Shown: positions 36,464 to 46,378, numbered from the whole stretch's first letter. The stretch is DNA of 63,987 bases, filler included, from an uncultured Methanosarcinales archaeon (GCA_964397315.1; 4 parts of 4 records of this genome joined end to end with filler, not necessarily neighbours in it), one strand, 5' to 3'. A program made the numbers and translations. The notes: a model not told the origin generated them from the sequence alone.

Positions 36464-37639
36464 ATGGCGCACAAGTTTGATGCAAGACACCTCAGCCTTG
36501 TTGATCACGGGCTTGCGGAAACAAAAGCTGTGGTGACAATAAAGTCAAAGGTTGACGGCTCTGGGAAAGGGGCATTGTATTACTCAGGATACTCAATAGA
36601 GGATCTGGCTGACAAGTCAACATTTGAGGAGGTGTGTTTTCTTCTTCTCAATGACAGGCTTCCCTCAAAAAAAGAGCTTGAGAGGCTGAGGAGGGAGCTT
36701 GCGGAAAATAGGGGCCTGAGCAGGGAGACCCTAGGGATAATAAAAAAAGTCAGGGGCGACGAGCCCATGGCAGCATTGCGGACTGCTGTATCAGCACTCT
36801 CTGCATCATCTGCATCAGCAAAAGGCGTTGAAGATGATGATGAGAACAAGGCAAAGGATCTCATAGCAAAGCTTCCCTCCATTGTTGCAGCCATACACAG
36901 GGCAAGAAAAGGGCTGGAAATTGCTGAGCCTGACACATCCCTCAGCACAGCAGCAAGCTTCCTGCACATGCTCACAGGAAAGAGGCCCTTGGATGAGGAC
37001 GCAAGGCTGCTTGACATACTTCTCATGGTGATGGCTGACCATGGCATGAACGCGTCCACCTTTGCAGCAAGAGTGGTGGCCTCAACAGGCTCTGATATTT
37101 ACTCTGCAATAACCGCTGCAATAGGAGCTCTGAAGGGGCATCTTCACGGGGGGGCTAATGAGGAGGCAATGAAGATGATCGGCGCTCTGGCAGGGAAGCT
37201 TGAGGGCTCTGATGACCTGAAAAAGGATGCTGAAGAATGGGTCAGCTCCCGCCTCAGGAAGGGCAGAAAGATTATGGGGGTGGGGCACAGGGTATACACA
37301 GGAGGAGACCCAAGGGCAAGGATACTCAGGAAGAAGATAACCGAGATTCTCGGAGAGGACAACAGGATGCTTGTCATAGCAGATGCAATAGACAGTTTCA
37401 TGCAGAAAGAAAAAGGGCTTAGCGCGAATATGGACCTTTACTCAGGGATACTCTACTCAAGGCTGGGCATACCTGAGGAGCTTTTCACTCTCATGTTTGC
37501 GATGTCCAGGATAGCGGGATGGACCTCCCATGTGCTTGAACAGAGGGTGAACAACAAGCTGATCAGGCCCAGAGGTGTTTATGTTGATGAGGTCAGGCCT
37601 GTAGGCAGGAGGTATGCTCCTGTTGGAGAAAGGCAGTAA
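36464..37639 (+). CDS. gltA: Citrate synthase / 2-methylcitrate synthase
   Basis: DHGMNASTF, LHGGANE, MG.GHRVY..GDPRA, N.D.Y, LIRP. Confidence 0.92.
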   Translation: MAHKFDARHLSLVDHGLAETKAVVTIKSKVDGSGKGALYYSGYSIEDLADKSTFEEVCFLLLNDRLPSKKELERLRRELAENRGLSRETLGIIKKVRGDEPMAALRTAVSALSASSASAKGVEDDDENKAKDLIAKLPSIVAAIHRARKGLEIAEPDTSLSTAASFLHMLTGKRPLDEDARLLDILLMVMADHGMNASTFAARVVASTGSDIYSAITAAIGALKGHLHGGANEEAMKMIGALAGKLEGSDDLKKDAEEWVSSRLRKGRKIMGVGHRVYTGGDPRARILRKKITEILGEDNRMLVIADAIDSFMQKEKGLSANMDLYSGILYSRLGIPEELFTLMFAMSRIAGWTSHVLEQRVNNKLIRPRGVYVDEVRPVGRRYAPVGERQ

Positions 37640-37665
37640 GACCCAGGCAGGTGTGTTTTCTTTGC

Positions 37666-38841
37666 TCAGAACAACTCAGCATTATCCTCAAGCGCCTTTA
37701 TGCCGGGCAGCTCCTTTCCCTCAAGGAATTCTATTGAGGCCCCCCCTCCTGTGCTGACATGAGTCATCTTGTCCTCAAGACCCCACTTCCTTATTGCCTC
37801 TGCTGTGTCTCCTCCGCAGATAACAACTGTCTTGTCAGCCCCTGCAAGGTACTTTGCAATCTCTCTTGTTCCCTTTGAGAACTTCTCTATCTCAAAAACA
37901 CCCATGGGGCCGTTCCATATGACAGTCTTTGCCTCAGAGAGCTTTTTCTTGAAATAGCCTATTGACTCAGGCCCTATGTCGAGGCCCATCATCTCAAAGG
38001 GGATGTCTGCCACTCCCGCCACTTTTGTCTCAGCATCCTCTGACTTCCTTTCCGCCACTACAAAGTCGCTGGGCAGGATTATCTTGTCCTCATAATCAGC
38101 GAGAAGGTATTTTGATGAGTAAACATGCTCCTCGTCAACCTTGCTCTTTCCCACCTCAAATCCCTTTGACTTTAGAAAGGTAAAGACTACAGCCCCTCCG
38201 AATATGGTGAAGTCAAGCCTCTCTATCATGTTCTTCATGAGGTCAAGCTTTCCCTCCACTTTTGCAAAGCCGAACAGGGCTGCGGCAGGCCTCTCAGGAT
38301 GGAGTATGCTTTTCAGGTGCTTTATCTCATACTCAAGGAGCTTTCCCGCGCAGGAGGGCAGGAATCTAGGCACGCCAACTACAGAGGCGTGCGCCCTGTG
38401 GGATGTTCCGAAAGCATCATTCACGAATATCTCGCCGTACTTTGACAGGGCCTTTGCAAACTCCTCATTGTTCTCCTTCTCTGCCTTGTGGAACCTCAGG
38501 TTTTCAAGAAGGATTATCCTTTCATCCTCAGGAGGTGTCTCGTCAATGCAGTCATTAAGCTTTAGCAGCGGCTTTCCCAGAAGCTCTGAAAGCCTGTCAG
38601 CCACCCTGTCCATCTTCAGCCCGTCAACAATCTCTCCCTTCGGCCTTCCCAGATGGCTCATCAGGACTATCTGCTTTGCTCCCTTGTCAAGCAGGTGCTT
38701 TATTGTGGGCAGTGTCTTTCTTATCTTCCAGTCATCCAGGACATTACCCTTGTCACCAAGGGGCACGTTGAAGTCGCACCTTACAAGCACCTTCTTGTCT
38801 TTGAAATCAAAATCCTCAAGTACCTTGTGCATTTCGCTCAC
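37666..38841 (-). CDS. pgk: Phosphoglycerate kinase
   Basis: DFNVP, SHLGRP, LENLRF, NDAFG..HRAHAS, WNGPMG, STGGGA. Confidence 0.97.
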   Translation of the reverse strand: MSEMHKVLEDFDFKDKKVLVRCDFNVPLGDKGNVLDDWKIRKTLPTIKHLLDKGAKQIVLMSHLGRPKGEIVDGLKMDRVADRLSELLGKPLLKLNDCIDETPPEDERIILLENLRFHKAEKENNEEFAKALSKYGEIFVNDAFGTSHRAHASVVGVPRFLPSCAGKLLEYEIKHLKSILHPERPAAALFGFAKVEGKLDLMKNMIERLDFTIFGGAVVFTFLKSKGFEVGKSKVDEEHVYSSKYLLADYEDKIILPSDFVVAERKSEDAETKVAGVADIPFEMMGLDIGPESIGYFKKKLSEAKTVIWNGPMGVFEIEKFSKGTREIAKYLAGADKTVVICGGDTAEAIRKWGLEDKMTHVSTGGGASIEFLEGKELPGIKALEDNAELF

Positions 38842-38912
38842 CTCTTTTTGGGTTTATGTGCTGCAAAACCCCTTTGTTTATTTATTTTTTGGAATATATC
38901 CTTGATGATGGA

Positions 38913-39073
38913 GGGACATTCGCTTTGCTCAGTCCCACGAACTGCCTGTAATCTTAAAATAATGACCCCAAGGGGATTCTGAACGAGCGTCACCACTACC
39001 CTCGGAAGCGAAGCTGGTGGGACATTCGCTTTGCTCAGTCCCACGAACTGCCTGTAATCTTAAAATAATGACC
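38913..39073. repeat. tRNA-associated hairpin mini-element with duplicated tRNA-Arg 3' end (~55-bp tandem duplication)
   Basis: GGGACATTCGCTTTGCTCAGTCCC...AATAATGACC occurs twice; core homologous to 54752-54819. Confidence 0.7.
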
Positions 39074-39242
39074 NNNNNNNNNNNNNNNNNNNNNNNNNNN
39101 NNNNNNNNNNNNNNNNNNNNNNNNNNNNNNNNNNNNNNNNNNNNNNNNNNNNNNNNNNNNNNNNNNNNNNNNNCCAAGGGGATTCGAACCCCTACCGACC
39201 GGGCCGAAACCGGTAGCACTATCCTGGTTATGCTATGGGGCC
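39069..39242 (-). tRNA. tRNA-Arg(TCG); 3' acceptor strand interrupted by a 100-N scaffold gap (39074-39173)
   Basis: GGCCCCA..., ACCGG-TTTCGGC-CCGGT anticodon arm, GGTTCGAATCC; GACC|CCAAGGGG joins seamlessly across the gap. Confidence 0.85.
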
Positions 39243-39427
39243 TTGTGTTTTCGGGTTGTATTTTTTTAGTGGTGCGTACGGTTGAGTGTGGCGAAACCGT
39301 ACCCGCTTTTGCGTGCCAGCTGGGCGTAACCAGCTGTTCTGGTTATGCTATGGGGCCTTTGGTGTTTATAAAACCATCTCTTTTATAAATATAGCCCTAA
39401 GATAAAGCCTCATTCATCTGCAAAGAA

Positions 39428-39589
39428 TCACTCTTCCTTCTTCTTTAATGGGTGCTCTCCCTGGCCGACCCAGATGTAATCATCTTCAGGAGACCTGGGT
39501 TTCCTGTGCCTTGTGATATAATAGTAGGCTCCGAAGCCTATGAGCCCCAGCGCAACCAATACAATTATTACTATCACATAAGGATTCAA
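39428..39589 (-). CDS. Small single-TM protein (53 aa)
   Basis: GGGGTGA RBS, TTG start, hydrophobic N-terminus. Confidence 0.5.
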   Translation of the reverse strand: MNPYVIVIIVLVALGLIGFGAYYYITRHRKPRSPEDDYIWVGQGEHPLKKKEE

Positions 39590-39616
39590 TATGTCACCCC
39601 AGTTTTTCAGGCAGGA

Positions 39617-39898
39617 TTACTTCCTTCCGAGTGTGATCTCAATAGTGCTTACCCTTACCTGCTTTCCTTCCTTGTTCTCGAACTCTTCTGAGTCAATCTT
39701 TATGTCCTTGGGCTCCACTTTTCCTTCCAGGAATCTCTTTGCAGCAACTTCAGCCACGTCAACGCCCCGGCTTATGAATTTTCCCCTTGCCTTTATCACA
39801 ACACTGTCAGCGTTTTTTGTGGTGAACTGCATCACTACGCCTGTCACATAATTCATGAAAGGCTTGTTCCCTATAAACACAGAGTTGTCTTGTGCCAT
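39617..39898 (-). CDS. albA: DNA/RNA-binding protein Alba
   Basis: IG.KP.MNYV, KARG..IS..VDVAE, VS.IEI. Confidence 0.96.
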   Translation of the reverse strand: MAQDNSVFIGNKPFMNYVTGVVMQFTTKNADSVVIKARGKFISRGVDVAEVAAKRFLEGKVEPKDIKIDSEEFENKEGKQVRVSTIEITLGRK

Positions 39899-39924
39899 TC
39901 TTCCACCTCCCTCTGTTCAGCTGT

Positions 39925-40116
39925 CTATGCCGCCTCTTTCCTCTTCAGCCTCGTAACATATCCCGCTATGATGTTCCTTATCTTTTGCGAAGGGAATTCC
40001 ATGAACTTCTCTGCCAGCTTTTTGTTCTCTTCAAAGTCCTCTGTAAACTCGTCTCCGTGAGCGCCTATGAGCTCCTTCACTTTCCTCTTTACCAGCTTTG
40101 TTTTTATCCTTCCCAT
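39925..40116 (-). CDS. rps17e: 30S ribosomal protein eS17
   Basis: MGRIKT, F..DFE.NK, RN.IAGY.T. Confidence 0.96.
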   Translation of the reverse strand: MGRIKTKLVKRKVKELIGAHGDEFTEDFEENKKLAEKFMEFPSQKIRNIIAGYVTRLKRKEAA

Positions 40117-40326
40117 AATCCCCCTTGAAATCTGTGTTGGGCCATCCAATAAGGAATTGATTTATAAATCTTTTGGAAAAAGCAGAGCTTTCAGAGGGGG
40201 CATCAGGCCGGCCTGAGCCAGGAATTACTACAGGGGAGGGGTTGAAAACGAAACCTTTATATATTTGTATATTAACTCTGAATCTCATCCTGATTAATTT
40301 GATAATCAATATGGAGGGGCGCGAAT

Positions 40327-40743
40327 ATGGCAGGATTTTTTTCAAAAATAAGAGAGAGAATGTCAGGTTCTGATGACTTTGAGATACCCAATGAGATTGA
40401 TGAGGGTTATGTGGAGCTGTCCACAGAGGGTGATGAGGGCTCCCAGTCAAAGATAACAGTCAGGCCTTTTGTGCTTGAGGACTTCGGAGACGTGAAGAAC
40501 GTGCTTGACTCCCTCAGGGAAGGGTATACTGTAGCTCTTGTTAACATAAAGCCTCTCAAGGACAAGGATCTTGTTGAGCTGAAGAGGGCTGTCAGCAAGC
40601 TCAAGAAGACTGCTGACGCTATTGAGGGTGACATTGCAGGATTCGGAGAGGACTGGATATGCCTCTGCCCTTCTTTTGCGCAGATACACAGGGAACAGCA
40701 GAAGAAGAAGGAAGTGCAGGACGTTAATCCCGAAGAGTTCTGA
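40327..40743 (+). CDS. sepF: Cell division protein SepF
   Basis: L..G...LVNI..L, ELKRA..KLK....I.GDIAG. Confidence 0.85.
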   Translation: MAGFFSKIRERMSGSDDFEIPNEIDEGYVELSTEGDEGSQSKITVRPFVLEDFGDVKNVLDSLREGYTVALVNIKPLKDKDLVELKRAVSKLKKTADAIEGDIAGFGEDWICLCPSFAQIHREQQKKKEVQDVNPEEF

Positions 40744-40884
40744 TTAGATTATTTATGTTTTTTATGCGCTTTTGATTTTTCTGTCTTAAGTTTATTATCC
40801 TAATAGCTCATGATACTCCCTTTTGGAGAAATGTGTTCCTGCTGGCTTTTCATGGTAATTCCCACCCTTGGGTAGACGATATTT

Positions 40885-40984
40885 NNNNNNNNNNNNNNNN
40901 NNNNNNNNNNNNNNNNNNNNNNNNNNNNTTAATTAATTAANNNNNNNNNNNNNNNNNNNNNNNNNNNNNNNNNNNNNNNNNNNN
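40885..40984. other. Assembly junction (N + TTAATTAATTAA linker)
   Basis: N run with the linker at 40929-40940. Confidence 0.97.
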
Positions 40985-41039
40985 TCACGAGGAGAATTTT
41001 TTCGAGGAAATTGAACTTCCCTTAAGCCCGATGTTAGTT
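40985..41039 (+). repeat. attC-like site 1 (right half only, truncated by the contig end)
   Basis: ...CTTAAGCCCGAT-GTTAGTT, same right end as sites 5 and 6. Confidence 0.7.
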
Positions 41040-41088
41040 GCAATTATTTTCAAGGGCTAAAAATGAGAAGGGGGGACAATTTCAAGAA

Positions 41089-41718
41089 TTACTTTATTGC
41101 TTCAATATCAAATGCTTTCATTTCATCAAAATATATAGTTGGTTTGATCTTAAATTGAGAAAATTTAGATAATATTTGTTTAATTTCTTTTTTAGAAAAA
41201 TAGTGATGAGCCATATGTGGATCATCTTCCATGCCGCCTAAAAAAGTATTTGCTTCAATTTCCTTACCTCTTCCATAACTTGCATCTTTAATTGACATAA
41301 ACTCAGTTACGAGCATGCCTTTAGGTTTAAGAATTCTATATATTTCATCAACTGCTTCTTGATTATCTTTTAATAATCCATGACTTAGAACAAAAATACA
41401 AATTATTGCATCAAAATAATTGTCTGGATAAAAAGTGTGCTTTATATCTGCTACTTTGTAATTAATAGTGCGTAAGCCAATTTTTTCAGCTTTCTTTTTA
41501 GTAATTGATATGCCTGTTTTAGATGCATCTAATGCATAAACTAAAAAGCCTTCTTGAGCAAAGAATAAAGTATTTCTACCAGTCCCAGATCCTAAATCTA
41601 AAATCTTTTTGTATTTATGTTCTCTAAAAATCTGAGCATACTTTTTAATTCGGGGTATTATCTTAGGATACAAATCCCCATGCTTTTTATAAACTATTTC
41701 CCAACCTTCTTCTTTCAT
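41089..41718 (-). CDS. Class I SAM-dependent methyltransferase (cassette 1)
   Basis: ILDLGSGTGR, DAS, FDAI, IYRILKP.G. Confidence 0.9.
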   Translation of the reverse strand: MKEEGWEIVYKKHGDLYPKIIPRIKKYAQIFREHKYKKILDLGSGTGRNTLFFAQEGFLVYALDASKTGISITKKKAEKIGLRTINYKVADIKHTFYPDNYFDAIICIFVLSHGLLKDNQEAVDEIYRILKPKGMLVTEFMSIKDASYGRGKEIEANTFLGGMEDDPHMAHHYFSKKEIKQILSKFSQFKIKPTIYFDEMKAFDIEAIK

Positions 41719-41906
41719 ATAAAATGTTTAATATTTAAAACATTAATAAATGTTACTAAAATTCTTGAAATGAAATTGTCCCCCTGTTATTGTTGGTTCT
41801 TGATAGTCGCTATTCGCTCTTTTGATAGAACACCCTTGAAAATAACTCTTCGGGATTTTTTGCTTCGCAAAAATCGTTGCACTATCCCTCGGTCACTTCG
41901 TGACGC

Positions 41907-42030
41907 AACTAACAGCGATTAAAACTCCGCTCACTTGCAGTTCGCTACGCCCTTCGGTTTTGTGGGTTGCCTCAAAACCTACGGGGAAATAAATCCTTCG
42001 GATTTACTTCTCTTAATCGCGATGTTAGTT
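41907..42030 (+). repeat. attC-like site 2 (124 bp)
   Basis: AACTAAC-AGCGATTAA ... TTAATCGC-GAT-GTTAGTT paired ends with internal CTTCG hairpins. Confidence 0.85.
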
Positions 42031-42162
42031 TCAATTTTTTCGGGGGCTATAAAGATAATGGGGCACACTCTTGATAGTGCTACGCACTCTATTCTTTAAC
42101 TAAATGAATTTGGGAAATCTAGAAGAAATACTAAAAAAATAGTGGGCTAAAATAAGAAGAAA

Positions 42163-42630
42163 TTAGGACAATTTCTCTTTATCCAATAATTGCTTTAACT
42201 TTTGTAATGCTACTTTATTATTCTCCCATTTTAACAAGCTTAATGCTTTATCAAATCGAACCCATTCAAAAGTTTCATGTTCTGGATAAATGTTATTATG
42301 AATAGATATTGATAAGTTTGGATTAACTTCAAAACCAAACACATATTCAGTAATAGTGGGTATTGGTTCTCCTGTAAGATAATGTTTGTTTATCTCAAAG
42401 AGATCCACATTTTCAATGACTCTAGTAATATTTTCTTTTTTAATGCTTGCTTCTTCTAATAGTTCTCTATATGCCGCGTCTAGTTTTGAGTTATCGCTTT
42501 TTTCTAACCCGCCACATGGAGGTTGCCAGAATCCACCTTTTTCTGGAATCCTTTTTAATAAAAGGAACTCAAAAAAACCTTTATTTTTTCTAAACACAAT
42601 ACATTCTATTCGCGTAGTTCTCATTTTCAT
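42163..42630 (-). CDS. NUDIX hydrolase (NudB/dATP pyrophosphohydrolase-like; cassette 2)
   Basis: LLLKR, FWQ..GG.E.....AA.RELLEE Nudix box, EH..FEW. Confidence 0.9.
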   Translation of the reverse strand: MKMRTTRIECIVFRKNKGFFEFLLLKRIPEKGGFWQPPCGGLEKSDNSKLDAAYRELLEEASIKKENITRVIENVDLFEINKHYLTGEPIPTITEYVFGFEVNPNLSISIHNNIYPEHETFEWVRFDKALSLLKWENNKVALQKLKQLLDKEKLS

Positions 42631-43826
42631 TTAACTCCTGACAATTTACAATATGTACTCCCTTCTGGATTTAATTGCCCATATAATTCCATTTCTAATG
42701 TAAATCCTGAACATTTTTTTCCATAATCAATACATTGATCACATCTTTCTTTAAATTGCTTGCTATTTTGTCTAATTGTCTGAAGTCTTTTGTTATATCT
42801 CCAAACATTTAAGAGAGAATACCTTTCAGAAACAATATTTCCTAGAACCAATTCATCTCTTAATTGTGGATTTACATATAATACACAACCTCCAGCATAT
42901 AAATCCCCATTTGACATTATATTAAATCTAGTAAATCCATCTGAACCTCCTTCCATTAAACCAAATTGTTCTGAATTAATGGAGTTTTCTCTCAAACTAC
43001 TGCCTCTGGTCCTAACTTCTAAATTAGGATATTCAGCTTTCAATTCATCCACTTTAATCATAAAAACGCTTAATTCATCATAATCTAAGAGTTTATCTTT
43101 TATTTTTGAAGCTCTACCAATCGGTCTTGGATGAAAGAAACTTATATCATAACAAAATTCATTCGCAAAATCTAAAAGTTTTCTTACGTCTTCTTCATTA
43201 ATTAAAGAAGTAACTACGGAATTTATGGTAACTCTACAACCAGCATAACTTAATTGCTTAATTGATTCTGTTGCTTTGTCAAATGTTCCTTTGCCTCTAA
43301 TATAATTATTTCCCTCCCTAAAACCATCAAGACTAATACTAACTTCATCTGGATTTATTTCAATTAATTTTTCTAAGGTATTTTGGGTATATAAACCATT
43401 TGAGTTTAATGAGATTGTTAATCCGATTTCTTTTGCTCGTTTTAATATTGTATCCCATCCTTCTTTAAGGGTTGGTTCACCTCCGCTAAAACGGACATCA
43501 AATACTGAGTCATTACTTAATCCTTCAATAACTTTTATTGATTGTTCTAAACTTAGTTCATCATTTAATGGAACCCCAGAATTATTTAGACAAGTCTTGC
43601 ACCGAAGATTACAGGCGGCAGTTAAATCAAAATAAACTCTTATCGGAGAATATATTATTGATGTGTCTTTAAAAAATGGCTGATTATCAAATTCGATTAT
43701 GGCGTTATTTTTCTTGAATTTTAAAAAATCTTCATTTAGTAAAAAGAAATGTTCAAAACTATTTGGATCAAATATGGTCTTTCCAAATGTTTCATTTCTG
43801 GATTTAACTTGCTTTTTTTCTTTCAT
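42627..43826 (-). CDS. Radical SAM protein with degenerate SPASM domain (cassette 2)
   Basis: CNLRCKTC, SGGEP, SLDG; C-terminal CDQC-x6-C. Confidence 0.9.
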   Translation of the reverse strand: MKEKKQVKSRNETFGKTIFDPNSFEHFFLLNEDFLKFKKNNAIIEFDNQPFFKDTSIIYSPIRVYFDLTAACNLRCKTCLNNSGVPLNDELSLEQSIKVIEGLSNDSVFDVRFSGGEPTLKEGWDTILKRAKEIGLTISLNSNGLYTQNTLEKLIEINPDEVSISLDGFREGNNYIRGKGTFDKATESIKQLSYAGCRVTINSVVTSLINEEDVRKLLDFANEFCYDISFFHPRPIGRASKIKDKLLDYDELSVFMIKVDELKAEYPNLEVRTRGSSLRENSINSEQFGLMEGGSDGFTRFNIMSNGDLYAGGCVLYVNPQLRDELVLGNIVSERYSLLNVWRYNKRLQTIRQNSKQFKERCDQCIDYGKKCSGFTLEMELYGQLNPEGSTYCKLSGVK

Positions 43827-44261
43827 TGAATGATGTTCTCATTTCTAAATAATTCCATTTCATATTCAAGTTCTTTTTTTTGATTTAGCCCTATGTATTG
43901 CATTTTTAACGATATACAATCCACTACTAGTTATATCTAAGCCTCTTCCATACCCATATCTTAAGGAATTTCTTGCACAATATTTTGGATTAGAGAATCT
44001 TCCAGACAATTCATAAAATCTTGCTATTGCGGATTCCCCTTTAATAAGTCCTAATTCGCATGGTGCTTCAAACATATACTCCATAAGAGCCGAATAATGC
44101 GATTGCCCAACATCAGAAGGATAAAATTTTGCCAATAATTCAGGATAAAACTCTAACACGTTTGTTTCCAATAATTCAAAATGATTAGCAATTTTAGATT
44201 TAATTTGTTCTCTTTTATTCCAACCATCTGGTTTTATTATAAATAAAGTTTTTTCTATCAT
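43823..44261 (-). pseudogene. ndk: Nucleoside diphosphate kinase-like, frameshifted in an A8 run near the 3' end
   Basis: TLFIIKPDG, S.R..YG, NAIH; removing one A gives SKKELEYEMELF...Q* with an ATGA overlap to the next gene. Confidence 0.75.
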
Positions 44262-44262
44262 T

Positions 44263-45456
44263 TTAATAAATACAATATGGATTTTTGTGTTCTGGATTTT
44301 TCTCTCTATAAAATTCCATTTCTATACTTGCTCCGGGACATTTTACATTCTTTTCGGGACATTTTAAACAAGATTCCTGTAATCTTAAACTTATTTCTCT
44401 AAATTCTTTTAATTTAGGAGAATTTCTCCAAATATCTAATAAGCTATAATCTTCTTCTTTGATATTACCTAAATAAAAATCAGGTCTCAAATGCGGAGTA
44501 TAACCTCCAGGCCAGATGGATCCATTAGGTAACAAATTAAACCTTGTAAAACCATCAGGACCTCCCATTTTTAATCCTACGCTCGATGTAACATCAGAAG
44601 ATATTGAATTAACTACCATAACTTTAGATCCATGTAAGATTCTCATCTGCGAATATTTCGGTTTAAGTTTTTCAATTTTTTCATCAAACTCATGTAACTC
44701 TTCGTAGGAAATTACCTGGTCTAAAATTCCAAGTGCTCTACCTGCTGTTCTCATATAAAAGAAATTGATTTCTTCAACAAATCTTCCAGCTAAGTCCAAA
44801 ATTTCTTCAAGATTGTTAGCAGCTCCTTTAGTTAAAACTGTGTTTATTCTTAAATGAGCGCCTTGTTTATGGAGATCTTCGAGTGTCTTAACAGTTCTTT
44901 CGTAGTTTCCTTTACCCCTTATATAATCATGAAAATCCTGACCTCCATCAATGCTAATAGTTATTTGTTCTAAATCCAAACTTGCTAATTGATCAATAGT
45001 TTTTTCAGGATTTCTATAAACTCCATTAGTGTTCAAAGATACAGAAAAACCCAAATCTTTTGCATAACTTAATATTTCAAACCAATCAGGTCTTGCAGTA
45101 ACTTCTCCCCCGCTAAATCTAATATCAAAAACATTGTCATTCCTTAACCCATCTAAAGTTTTTGTTATTTCTTCAGTAGTCATTTCATCAGATTTAGCTT
45201 TTCCAGACTGATTAAAACAGGTTTTGCATCTAAGAAGACAAGCAGAAGTCAACTCAAAATAAATTCTTATAGGAGAATAAATTATATCATCTGGTGCTTC
45301 GGACAAATCCGCAGTCCATTTTTCAAAATCTTCAACCTCTATATCTGAAAATTTCAAATCATCTGCACTTGATAAAAATTTATGGCGCATTCTAACTTTA
45401 TCAAAGAGAGTATATCCAAACTTTTCATCACGTAAAATAAACCTTTTAGCACTCAT
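44263..45456 (-). CDS. Radical SAM protein with degenerate SPASM domain (cassette 2; paralog of 42627-43826)
   Basis: CLLRCKTC, SGGE, SIDG; C-terminal CLKC-x6-C. Confidence 0.9.
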   Translation of the reverse strand: MSAKRFILRDEKFGYTLFDKVRMRHKFLSSADDLKFSDIEVEDFEKWTADLSEAPDDIIYSPIRIYFELTSACLLRCKTCFNQSGKAKSDEMTTEEITKTLDGLRNDNVFDIRFSGGEVTARPDWFEILSYAKDLGFSVSLNTNGVYRNPEKTIDQLASLDLEQITISIDGGQDFHDYIRGKGNYERTVKTLEDLHKQGAHLRINTVLTKGAANNLEEILDLAGRFVEEINFFYMRTAGRALGILDQVISYEELHEFDEKIEKLKPKYSQMRILHGSKVMVVNSISSDVTSSVGLKMGGPDGFTRFNLLPNGSIWPGGYTPHLRPDFYLGNIKEEDYSLLDIWRNSPKLKEFREISLRLQESCLKCPEKNVKCPGASIEMEFYREKNPEHKNPYCIY

Positions 45457-45710
45457 TACTACTAATAAATAACAACAAATATATAAAGATTTTGTTTAAA
45501 AATATAAATAATTTCAGGAATAGAAATTAACTACTCTTCTTCGCCCCAAAACCCCTACGAATAGCAGTAAAGATTTCCCCAATTATAGATGTAAAATAAC
45601 GAGTGTGCCCCTTGATGTATGTTCTAGATGGTCGCTATTCGCTCCAAAGATTGAACGCCCCCGAAAAAACTTTTCGGACGAAATTTTCCCACACTTCGTA
45701 TGGGAAAAGA

Positions 45711-45840
45711 AACTAACAGGAATTTAACGGTTCGCAGGGTCGGCTTCGCCTAAAACGCCAAGCGTTTTCCTCTGCTCTCCCAAATTCAAAATTTGTGGGT
45801 TGCCTCAAATTTTGAACTTCGTTAAATTCCTCAGTTATAT
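45711..45840 (+). repeat. attC-like site 3 (130 bp)
   Basis: AACTAAC-AGGAATTTAACG ... CGTTAAATTCCTCA-GTTATAT. Confidence 0.85.
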
Positions 45841-45902
45841 TCAATTATTTTTCAGCCCCTAAATAGAAATCTTTATGAACTTTAATATATAATCTTATTA
45901 TT

Positions 45903-46163
45903 ATGAGTGATTTTGAAAAAAGGCTTAATGCAATTGAGCAAAGAAACAAGAAAGTTGAATCAGATAAAGCTTGGGAAACAAGCTGGTCAAGAAAAATAAT
46001 AATAGCCGTTTTAACTTACGCCACAATAGTATTATTTTTCTTTGTTGCTCAATTGCCAAAACCATTCATTAATTCTATTGTTCCAACAGCTGGTTTTGTT
46101 CTTTCAACATTATCCTTGCCTTTTTTCAAAAAAATATGGTTGAAGTATGGGGCTAAAAAATAA
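45903..46163 (+). CDS. Small two-TM membrane protein (cassette 3)
   Basis: RN.KVE.DKAWETSW.R followed by 2 TMs; own TATA box. Confidence 0.8.
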   Translation: MSDFEKRLNAIEQRNKKVESDKAWETSWSRKIIIAVLTYATIVLFFFVAQLPKPFINSIVPTAGFVLSTLSLPFFKKIWLKYGAKK

Positions 46164-46214
46164 CTCTGAAATTTCCCTTCGGGACGTTGCACTAAAATTC
46201 AGCCCTAACGGGGA

Positions 46215-46240
46215 ATATAACAGGAATTCCGAGGTTATGC
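46215..46240 (+). repeat. Minimal attC-like site 4 (26 bp)
   Basis: ATATAAC-AGGAATTCCGAG-GTTATGC. Confidence 0.7.
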
Positions 46241-46378
46241 TCAATTTTGATTTTTCTGGATTGTTTTTGAAAGATTCTTGACGGCAGCAACAACAAGGGA
46301 TTCATACACGGTCAGCCTTCGCTTCGCTCAGTCTGCCCTATTCGCAAAGGAAAAAACCCCACTGCGCAGGGTGAAAGA

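Noticed and set aside
39074..39173. Apparent 100-bp insertion or split in tRNA-Arg
   Set aside because: It is an N gap; the flanks join to the expected acceptor stem, so there is no evidence of a split tRNA.
40795..40884. Minus-strand ORF fragment next to the junction as a possible integrase
   Set aside because: No tyrosine-recombinase motifs, and it lies on a different contig from the array.
42627..45456. Calling the radical SAMs viperin, PqqE or MftC
   Set aside because: They lack viperin hallmarks, a complete SPASM Cys set and the partner genes; the family is left unassigned.
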